Source: Sphagnum compactum (lineage: Eukaryota). From it: a DNA stretch of 64,000 nt. A model generated the notes under the pieces. It was not told where the DNA came from and made no database searches. It was given only the letters and a program-made list of their open reading frames with translations. A program made the translations under genes and the position numbers. Below are positions 53,201 to 64,000 of this stretch, one piece after another; the stretch's first letter is position 1, and every line of letters begins with the position of its first letter. The stretch is from NCBI GenBank assembly GCA_965153455.1, contig OZ234494.1, positions 12,524,001 to 12,588,000 on the forward strand. Reading direction: 5' to 3'.

Positions 53201-56200
53201 GCAAGGTCTAATTAAGCCTTGATACTCCCATCTGTTTTCATCATGATGCAAACTCCATATGCACAGCGAAAGAATTTTGACTCACTTCCAGAAAATCAGC
53301 CAGAGTCACTCTCATAAGCTCTGTGTGCCACTCAGAAATGAAAATCACCATCCGCACTCCATTAAATTGTTTGATGATCTACTAACAGAGGGAGTGGAAT
53401 GGGTTGATTGCAGTTCTCTATTGTTGTGCCTGTGGAAAAGGCTGCTGCCAAATGACACAAACATGTCAATTCACCAATTCCAATCTAAAAATTGCTCGCA
53501 TCAAAACACTCCTGACAACAAACCTTTCGAATCTACAACAAAAAATTCTCCAACATCAAACATTCTTGAGACCACAACACAAATTTAATTCCCCACATTC
53601 ATTCCCAAAACTAATGATCAAATCTCCTCATTAAAATAAAAGCTTGCAGCACACAACTGCTGCATGTCCACATATCAGAAGAAATTGAAAACTTCACAAA
53701 ACATCATGCCTCAGAAAAAGGTTGAATTCAAAGAGAATCACGGGATAGTCCCAAAGTCTAGTAGAGTATCCAGACTGAAACAAAACAAGGAAACAAAACC
53801 ATGTAATTGCAACAATGATCATTCCCCAAAAGATCATGGATTCGAATGAGTTTGAGGAAGTTGCTAGACTTTGAAAAATGAGAGTCAAGGCCCCACTTTA
53901 AATTCTTTTGTTTTTACCACTTTTAATATGTGTGCAAAAGATCATACCATGCTTTCTATTGTTTGTTTTTTTTTTTGATCTCAAAACATCATGAAGGTTT
54001 CTTTGTTGATCTTTGCATCACTATGTCAAATTGCAACATTCATGATTAGGACAATTTGTGATTAATTATGTTTGAAATTGAATTATGTAATGGCACCCCA
54101 TCTAGTTTATGCACAACAAGTTCACCTTTAGTTATTGCGACTCCATGATAAGGGTACTTGTTGAAGTTTTATCAAATTGATGGCATGTCTTATTAACCTT
54201 GTTTGAGAAATTAGTGAGTTTTAATTGTGATATTCAATAACTATTACAATTTGAGGGTTTTAAACTTAATCAATTTTAAACAATTCACCAATTACTAAAT
54301 TATGTGTTTCATCTTTTTACTTTTTATTAAGTGTATTATTTGACCTACTATTAAGAGGTTCATTATGTTACAAAATATTGTGAATTAATTTTTTTAAATA
54401 ATTTTATTTGGGTATGTGAAATATTTGAAATGGACATGTTTATAGTTGTTAACATTATTTGTCATAAATTAAAGGTGTGATGGATTGGTAAGGACTTGAC
54501 TTTAGGCTATGAAAATAAAGGTTCAATTTTCTCTTGAGACAATTTATATTTTTGATTTATGTGATTACATAATTGAATTGCACATCTTTGACCTATGTGG
54601 TTATAGTCAAGACTTACATGATTACATAACTATAGTCAAAGGGGCCTGTATGATTATAGTCAAATTGGACACCAACATCATCATTATTATTCAACATTTA
54701 CAAATACATCCATGTGCATGATAGTTCTTATGATTGTGATTTTTCAATTGTATATAAATAAATAATGAGCAAATCAAATTGTGAGATACATTTAATTCTC
54801 TCATAATATATTTATTCATTATTAGAGTTTTTTAAATTGTTGTTGAATTTTTAATTGTAAAATGCCGTGGTAAACATAACATATCCAAATGGACTATGGA
54901 CTTTGGAACCCCTCAAAACGAATTTAATCCTTACATGAGCAGGTCAATGTTTTCTACACCCATGTTGAAATTGAGTGTTACCTCTATTGCAAAATTTAGT
55001 TAAAATTTGTTCCAATTGTATTCATCCAAAATGAGATTATGGAATCAATCCTTGGATTCAAAGTTTACATAGAATTTTCAACCATAATCAGGCAAGGGAT
55101 GATAAGATAACAAACTTAGATTAAACTCATGTTAAAAGCAGGTGCTATCAAAGTTGGATCCAAATTTCTACCAATCAAAGGTATACATCCAAATATGGCA
55201 CTCATAATGACAAAGCTCAAAGGGTCATAAAAACAAAGGCAAAAATGTGATTCTTCAAGTAAAAATGCAACCTAGTAATTTCTTCAATGTGAAAAATTGT
55301 TTTTGGTGGGGGGGGGGGGGGGGGGGGGAGGGGGGGATTTGTGAAAGGGTTATTTTCAATTTTCTCCCTATCTTTAACCCTCCCAATTTATCTTGAGAAG
55401 CAACTAGGATCATCTTCTCTTTGTCTTCTCCAAGACCTTTGTCTTCACCTTTGATAAAATGTAATTGAAAATATGCAGGGTTTTGGACAATCCACAAAAT
55501 GAATGTTCACAATCTACCAAAATGTAGGAAAACATAATACACCCCCCACACTCATGGAGTGGGTATTAGTGTAATTGACTATTGGGGAGAACATAGTGGG
55601 CAAAAGAAAACCTTAAAACCCATTGAAACAAAAGCAATAGTAGTGAAAAGGCCCAATTTTTTTTTCCTTCAGAAAAAAGGGGGACTAGATTTTTGGTTTG
55701 TCATAGGAGAGGGGCAACTTTCATCCGAGAAAGATGACAAGTGGTCCTCCCCGGGAACACTAGTTACGTTGCCCACAGGGAACATTAGTTGTGTTCCTTG
55801 GGGAAGGTCAATTCTAATGTTACTTGGTAAAGGTAACCTCTTTCATTAGCAACAAATTATCTTCCCCAACTTCCCCAAGGGAAGTCGGGTTGGGGAACCC
55901 TAGTTATCTCCATGGGGAACATCGGAAACATTATCTTCCCTACATTGTCTTCCCTAGGGGAAGTATGGTTTGGGAGGTGTTAATTGTGTACATTAGGGAA
56001 TGTCAATGAATTTTGGCTAAGGAATGTAATTATCACCTTCTTCATGTAACATGAATTTCCTTGGGGAACACAATCAATGCTCCTTACTTATGCAATCTAA
56101 TGTGTTGTTCATTGTTATGTTATCGCGCTTAGAGAGTAATTGTGTTTCTAAGGCTAGGGTTGCATGCATATCATCCCCACACAAAAGTTCGATATCGTTT

Positions 56201-59176
56201 TATTTTTCTTTCCCCGGAATGACACAATGAATGTTTCTAGGTCAAGGAATGTGTTGCCTGTTGCTATGTTGTATCAGCTAGGGAGTAATTGTGTTGTTAA
56301 TGTTGTTGGGGTTTGATATTTTTCCCAAGCAAAAAATGATTTCATTTTAATTATATTTTATCATCATAACAATTAATTTGTGTGAACTATTTTAGAATTT
56401 TGTGGAAGGTTACACAATGAATGAAACATTACACAATGGTTGAAAAGTTGAAAATTGTACAATGAATGAAAAATTGAAGATTTAAAGAATAAAATTTCAA
56501 ATGAAATGGCACATTCATTCATTGTGCAACCTTTTGTATTTTCCCAAGGGCATAATTGTTTGACTATATAGGATTTTTTCATCCTTACGCGCACAAGCTA
56601 ATTCTTATAAACCCCATAACTTGTGTATATTTTTTCGTATTTATATTAATCATATAACCCTTGTTCATATACAAACAAGATATCATCAAAGTTCAAATGT
56701 TTATCATAACTTAGATATTTAAACCCATATATGTAAGGAGGGCTATGGGTGAAATTACATACAAAATGTGAATAAAGGATTGACTTTCTTCAGTAAAATC
56801 CTCATCTAAAATTTGATCAAGATTTTACATCTAAACCAAGAACCAATTGGGATGGAAGTTTGGGTTGGATGTGGCCTAGACATATTAAATAGATGATACA
56901 AAAATTTCTATCAAATATAAAGAAAATTGAGACAAAAAGTTTGAGATTACACTAAATTCAATTTAAAACTTCGTATAAATAATAAAGGTATTATATTTTT
57001 TGAAACATTATTAAATTTTTAGAGCAAAATTTCTCCTAGATCATCACAATTTAGACAAATTGAATAAATGATTTGAACTTCAATCATCTATTCAACTGCA
57101 CCCCTTTATGGCCCCTATGATCAAAACGCTCTCCCCCCCTCCCCAAAAGGTGTTGGCTCCCTATCATTCTAAAACTCTTGATTTTATCCATATAACAATT
57201 TAAATTTTTTGAAAAAATGGATGAAAAATTAAAACACAAAAATTAAACATAAAAAATAGTCCTCCACAAGTCTAATTTCACGCAATCATATTTTGAACAC
57301 ATAAATACCAAAAAACAAAGTCCAAACCTCTTCAAATCTTATTGTCAAACCAATATGCCTCCATTGAGTTTATAATAAGTTGTGTACAAATATTTAAGAA
57401 ATTAACATAATAATATTAAAAGTAAGTAACAAATATTTTAAAAATTGGTTAGTGAATATGGCGTTCAGAAATAATTTTATATTAAAACCTCAATACAATA
57501 TGACCACAACATGCAAAAGTTAAAATAACATAAGTACTTTTACAAATGCATTAACCAAGATTTTTTTTTTGAAATTCATTATTTCATTTATTTGAAAACC
57601 ATTTTGTAAGAATAGACACATGCTTGCATTTATTTCTAATTTTTTATAATGTACTTAAGTGTATATTAAACACATAATTCTTCAATATCATTATCATAAA
57701 ATCAAAAAACATATTCATCTTGTTCATTGAAATAAATAATATTTCAAAAAAATTTATATATCAAGACTTTTTTTCATAGTTACTTTCCTTTTATGTTGAC
57801 AAAGATTAACAGTTGTCTACTTCATTGTGCTTGCTTTCACCCAAATACCTTTTCATTGAGCACTTATCATGTAGGAGCATGAAGACCAGTGTTGCTCCTA
57901 CTAAATGATTGCCCAATTGATCCCACAAGGTTTGCCCAAAGTTCAAATGTCACAAGTTATGAAGGTGTTGCTTAAATCAGCAATCATTGCTGTACAAAAT
58001 AAGAGCCCAATTTCCAAAAGTTGGGCTATCCTTCAAGAGCCATCAAATAATACATCCTCCATGAAACAGACCCAAGGAGTGAGACTTAAAACTGATGCAA
58101 CAAAATGATACACTCTGCTCACTTGCATACAAAATCTCACCACCCAATTAGATCCCACTATCTCCACTATCATAGAGCACCGAGAAAAATTTCCTATTTG
58201 AACAGCACCCTATATCCCTGAATATCCCTCATAAAAGAGGAGGTATGTTATGCCTGCTCCATAAGATTGGTAGGGTTCTTACACCTTTCTAATAGGCATA
58301 GAATTCCTCCCCCTCTTCACGGCAAGGCAATAAGAACCCTCTCCCTCAAATGCCTCATGACCTCCATATGTTAAAGTTCATGATAACCTTCACCTCGTGC
58401 TATCTGATGGGCAAAGCCCACTGGTCGGAGACATTCCCAAAATGTGGGGCTGGATTCCACTACTGCCTCATCCTAGGCCCTTTATCTTGTAGTGCCCTTA
58501 CCCTGAGGCTTTATCCTTCTCTAAATCAGGATTTGAGAAATTTCAAAGTAGAAACCAACTGCTAAGAACCCAGAGTCCAGAAGGCATGTGCTTTGTCTCT
58601 GGTTTGTGAGTAATTTGCCCATCGGAAGCAAATGTCTGAAGACATTGTTATGAACAAGTTCTATAATCAAACTGCAACTTGCACCCTAAGCATGTGACAT
58701 TAGACTTTTAGTCTTTCCAGTTTATTCCAGGTTTCAAACCTGAAATTCCAAACACCAATTTCAGAAAAAGAGCAGACTGACAAACACGCTGATGTTCTTC
58801 ATTCCTATTCACAACATCCACTCAACCAACCTGTCTCCACTAGTTGAAAAGGTTGAATGTAACACCATTGTTCCTTGGTCTTCAGCAAACTAATGCTAAG
58901 AACCCAAGGTATGTCAACTTGGCACTTCCCAAGTCCATGCCGAATCTAGCTATCAAAAACATCATATGAACACATCCACAACTGTGTACATAACTCCCTG
59001 CAGTACATAACAGAACTTTTGGCAAATAGCATTAACTGCAGCATGCACATTCTGTAGGAGTTCAACCTTGAAAACCTTTGTTATGAAGCCATCTTGTGAA
59101 GGGAGAGTGACTGGTACACTTCTGTACAGGAACTTGTCTGCAGAATGTTGAAACTTGTCCCAATAGATCACTTACC

Positions 59177-62100
59177 TTCTTGATGATAGGCGCCCATGCC
59201 TCCTCATCTTGGCTCCTTTTCTGCAAGACAATCTTCAGTTAATCCTGGTGGCAAGGATGCAGAGGTCTACTAGGTTAAAAAACAAATATGGAATATTGAA
59301 CAATGTAACTTGTGGGACATTTCTTCTAGATACTACACCTTTTTCCAGACAGATTTACTGAGGGCCCCAAGAACTCCATGAAGATTCCTTACATGAGTCA
59401 GTATATCTTAGTTTTACTGTGGAGTCTGAATCCTACAGACAGACAAGTACCATCTGGTCATGTCACATATTTGGGGGCATGATTGTCAAGTGATCAGATA
59501 CCTTTGGGGCTGAGTTGGACTCTTTGTCATTCCTGCATCTTTCTTTAGAGAGACAACTTTTTGCCTCTTTGTCTTTCCTGCATCTTTCTTTGGAGAGATA
59601 ACCCTTTGCCTCTGTGTATTTCCTGCATCTTTCTTTGGAGAGACAACCTTTTGCCTCTGTGTATTTCCTGCATCTTTCTTTGGAGAGACAACCTTTTGCC
59701 TCTCTGTCTTTCCTGCATCTTTCTTTGGAGAGACAACCTTTCGCCTCTCTGTCTTTCCTGCATCTTTCTTTGGAGAGACAACCTTTTGCCTCTCTGTCTT
59801 TCCTGCATCTTTCTTTGGAGAGACAACCTTTTGCCTCTCGGTCTTTCCTGCATCTTTCTTTGGAGAGACCACCTTTTGCTTCTTTAGTGGAGATTCCAGA
59901 CCATTTGACTGAGAAGCTTGTTGCCTTGTCTTTGCCAGTGTTAGCTGCTCTTCTACAACCAGTGTCATTTCAACTTCTGCCCACTCAAGTTCTTCTTCAT
60001 CACCATCATCATATTGAACCTATCACAGACAGATCCATCCCAATTCACTTAGCAAATACAAAATATATAATATATACAAAATATAGCCCTGACAACATAT
60101 ACACTTAGTAGAAACACAACCCCACAAAGAAATACTGAATTGATGTTGGGGAATAGATCCTAAAAAGAATTATTAAGAGCAAACAATGCTCTATGATGGC
60201 CATAGCTTGGTGTGAATTCTATGGCAATCACACCATGTAAAGTCAGCCACTTATCATTCAGTTGATATTATGATCACACCTAGAGGCTTCACTACTGTTT
60301 AGAGAACATCAAAGACAAACACCAAAACTCGTATATTTATAAATCTACTTCAGATTAGCAGATTTTTTTTCCATCATGAGGAGATGTGATTATGACATTT
60401 CAGCAATCAAGCTCAGTCAAAGTGCAAAACAGCCATCATCTTACAAGCCTGGCCTCTTTCTTTCTTACTCCCTTTTCTTTCCAACTGGAGTCCATTTAGA
60501 AACTTGGGCTCTGGGCTGCTGCACACTACCAGGGACCATGAACTTCTTTTTTCCTCTTCTTATATTCTCATATGGTTTCCAATAGTTCATCATTAATTAT
60601 GTCAATGTCAAATTTATATTGACAAGTCAAATTATCTGGGAAAAACAAGACTGAATAGCTCTCACCTTGTAAAAATTTGCCTTAGGATCAAATCCAATCA
60701 CTTCTCCAACAAAGTATTTATTTCCAAACTTCTTCTTTGTGCGTCTTCCAATCAATGATGCTCCTGCTTTAGCTCCCACTTTTGCACCTGCTTTTGCACC
60801 TGCTTTAGCTCCTGCTTTTGCACCTGCTTTAGCTCCTGCTTTGGCTCCCACCTTAGCCCCTGCTTTAGCCCCTGCTTTTGCTCCTGAAATTAGCCTTGAA
60901 TTTGATTCATCTTGGTCTGTTGTTGACCTGCTCCTCCGGGTTGAAGGCCTGCTTTCAGAAGAACTATCCCCACCATCTTTTACCTCAATCTTCCTCTTCC
61001 TTCCCACCATTTTCTTGAATTGTGGCTTAATGGACTCTGCTTTCTTGGGTCTACCAACCCTTCTCAGCCCTGCTTTCTCACTCTTTGGAGTCCGAGGTGA
61101 ACCTGCTGCCTTCTTTGCAGTTGAGACTGTTTCAGATACTTCTCCTACATCCTGCTTATCATTGACCGATGTTTGCTCCTTCTTCAAGGAAAGAGTCTTT
61201 GACCTGCTTGGCTTCTGAGCACTGACTTCCTTGCCTTTTGCCTTCGTTGCCTTTGGAATTTGTGTTGGCTTCTTCAGTGTCTTCGACTTAGCTGGTGACT
61301 TAGCTGTACCCACTTTCGGTGGTCTTCCTCGTGGCCTTTTAGCTGGCCTGAGGGAGCAACCACAAGACTTGTCTAGTTAGAGTCTTGCCAGTTAGAGTAA
61401 ATAACTTAGCAAAGGCCTAAAAGGCAGCATTGTCAGTAGAGCAAACAACACTTGGAACAAAAGAACCCTGAGTAGGACTACAAATACTAATATTGTTTCA
61501 TACAATCAGTGGAATGAATCTTGCAAATCAAGCCTTGTACCATGACAGGCTACCCTAATGGTCACTGCGGCTCTTCGGCATAATAACATAAACAATTCAT
61601 CTAGAACTTTGAATACAAATGGGCTGTGAGTACTACCCTTTTTAAGCATCTAGTGTAGAAGGAAACTGAAGGTGACAGAATATTCCAAGCTTACAGCAAT
61701 TAAGTATCATGAACACTTCATGAACTTGACTAGAATGCAGAGTCCATAACATAAGCAGTATCAGGATGCGGGTAAACCCACCTATTCTCCTTGCCAGCAG
61801 TTACATTTATGGGAGGAGGTCTCTTTTTTGAAGCAGCTGGAAGAGAGTCAGTCACTGGTACAAGTATTCGCTCAAGCTCCTTCCAATCCAACTCTTCTTC
61901 ATCAGCATCTTCATAGACAATCTGGATGGTCACCAGAAAAAGTAAGAAGATCTGCAACAAGCTTTGGCAGATTTCCAAAATCACATCCAGCCTAAGACAT
62001 GCCCTGGAGCTGTCAACAATTCTGAATGTAAGAACCTTGAAAAAAAATGTCACACTGTTTCTGGCACAAACTCGCACAGCCAAGTAAGATACCCTCTGGG

Positions 62101-62946
62101 GTTCCACCATGGCGAACAAAGAATCACAGCAATGTGATCATCTTCACCACAGAAAATGACTGATCCAGGACAGTATCACAAGTGGAAGTTTGAGTCGTCA
62201 GTAAGGCTTTTGCAACAAGAACTCCAGACAGCACTTAGATCTTCAGCGGACATAATCACATTGGCCACCTGTAAGGGGGAACTGAGTACCTTATACCACC
62301 TTGTGTGAGGATCATAAGCCACAATGCGACCAGTGAACTCCTTTCGTGAGAACTTTTTGACAACTGACCGACCTATCAAAGCGTCACCATCTCCATAGCT
62401 CACTTCTGTCAGGCCACCCTGCAGATTTTGAAGATCATCATGATTTCATGGTTAATTACTCATTCATAGACTAAAAATTGTACATAAACCCAAGCAGTCA
62501 ATCATCAAGCAACTGATTATGAAACCACCTTGACAATTTTCAATTGATCGCCAAAACCTAACCTGGCTTGCCTCTTGTGCACTGTCACCATTTCCATGAT
62601 TTCCTGCAAACTCCAGAACCTGGCTGATCAGTTCACATGCATGAGGCATAAAATTGACATCCAAAATCTCTACTAGTTTGAAAAGAATCAACAATTGCCA
62701 ACTCAAGATGATCTGCAATGCTATTAACAGATCTAGGTACATATCATCAGAACCCAACCAAAAGATTCAGTCACTTTTAGCGATCCTTCCAAGGAGGTTT
62801 ACAATCATACCAGTATGATTGTAATTTACTGTTGTAATTGTGGTGTGGTGCGAATGTTCAACCAAAACCACTGGCTCCCCTGTTGCAGCAGCTGTTAACA
62901 CGGTCCCTGCAGGAGTTGTCAATGAGAACATATGCTGGTGTGCCAT
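59177..62946 (-). CDS. Predicted chromatin-associated protein with two PTM/DIR17-like Tudor modules, AT-hooks and SPKK repeats. Approximate exons 62946-62830, ~62618-62562, 62419-62290, 61921-61783, 61347-60666, ~60020-59502, ~59221-59177; both ends uncertain
   Basis: Module 1: LIGRSVVKKFSRKEFTGRIVAYDPHTRWYK|IVYEDADEEELDWKELERIL. Module 2: LIGRRTKKKFGNKYFVGEVIGFDPKANFYK|VQYDDGDEEELEWAEVEMTL. AT-hook-like RPRGRPPK and RVGRPKK. GT-AG introns. Confidence 0.8.
59520..59880 (-). repeat. Coding 45-bp tandem repeat x8 (QKVVSPKKDAGKTER)
   Basis: Directly visible unit tcctgcatctttctttggagagacaaccttttgcctctctgtctt, in frame in ORF 59486..59968. Confidence 0.95.
60760..60885 (-). repeat. Coding 12-bp repeat x10 (GAKA/GAKV)
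   Basis: GAKAGAKAGAKVGAKA... in ORF 60627..61313. Confidence 0.9.
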
Positions 62947-64000
62947 ATCCAAAACTTCCTCCAACTCCCCCTGCAGGACATTTTACGAACTTGCTGCAGT
63001 GAGAGAGGTCTTTATAAGTCTAGAGTCTAGAAAATTGCTACGGGACAGAGAGGGGACCGAGCTGACAGAGAAAACGTTTCATCAGATGTCCTTCCCCTAC
63101 TTGCAATAGCCTGCGTATCTCTTGTCTTCACCACAAAACAAGTCCATTGGAACAGAGAGAGGATTAGAGTGTGCCCGCCCATAGGAAAAACCATACTTGA
63201 CCTGGGAGATATGGCAACCGCAATGAAACTCTGAGATTATCATTACCAAGTGCAATTTCCTTTCCTCGTCTTCCTCCAAACAGGCAGGTTACAGCAGTAA
63301 CCGGAAGAAACAAGAAACCACAAGACTGACATTCTCTCCACTCGTCAATAAACACGACTTGTTCTGAGGAACATCACAACATAAGAAGCTCCTGCATGCT
63401 TCTCTGATTGACCAGCATTTGGACAACGGGCTCACAGTTTCCCAAACCTGGAGGTACTAGTAGCCCTACACACAGGAGCAACAAGAAACCACAAGTATAC
63501 TTAAGTCCAGAAGCTCCAAACCTGTGCTAGGTCCCCACTACAACACTACAAACGACAAAAACTAAAAACTAAATCGTTCTTGAAGAAAATAGCCGAGCGT
63601 CTTGAAATTTTCTGTTTCCGGCACCTCGATAACATTGAGTCAACGAGTTTCACGAGGCACCGAAGAAGAAGGACCCAAAGGAACTTCCGATATTAGGGGG
63701 AGAGCCATAAACACCATCAGTTTCTGTACTAGTCTGGAACACTATGTAAACGCTCGGTTTAGGTCGTGGGGATAAAACAAGAGAGAGAGAGAGAGAGGGA
63801 GACAGAGACAAAGACAGAGAAAAACAGCCCGCACCTGCTCCTCTTCTTCGATCTGCATCACAGAAAACTCCTCCATAATCGCAAGGGCTTTCAAGTGCCG
63901 CCAACTACGACGTGCATGTTACGAGTTACGACCTCGCAGAAGCGTAAAACGTGGGTCGACGAGAGGGGTCGGGGGTTGAGGGTTTACAAAACTTGCAACA

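Noticed and set aside
55715-56075. Cluster of gggaac/ttcccc motifs resembling transposon subterminal repeats
   Set aside because: I could not define TIRs or a TSD.
59545-61218. Alternative-frame and antisense ORFs over the 45-bp and 12-bp repeats
   Set aside because: By-products of stop-free repeat units whose lengths are multiples of 3.

Overview
Eukaryotic, intron-rich plant nuclear DNA. Gene content and repeat style suggest a bryophyte, probably Sphagnum-like (inference). Supported genes, left to right: adenylate kinase (+, 6 exons); a small 3-exon 102-aa gene of unknown function (-); an intronless chloroplast PpiC/rhodanese gene, STR12-like (+); the meiotic DExH helicase MER3/RCK (-, many exons), whose C-terminus is extended by tandemly duplicated symmetric exons; a SPA-family photomorphogenesis repressor (+, 8 exons); a pseudogenised YhfW-like FAD oxidoreductase/Rieske gene (-); and an unusual predicted chromatin protein (-) with two PTM/DIR17-like Tudor modules, AT-hooks, a GAKA repeat and an 8x15-aa SPKK repeat. 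Intergenic space holds a decayed PIF/Harbinger element, hAT-like MITEs, a decayed CRE-like non-LTR retrotransposon and two promoter-proximal tandem arrays (~85 bp and ~62-72 bp units). I saw no rRNA, intact tRNA or CRISPR array. Exon boundaries were read by eye and family assignments come from motif recognition, not database searches.
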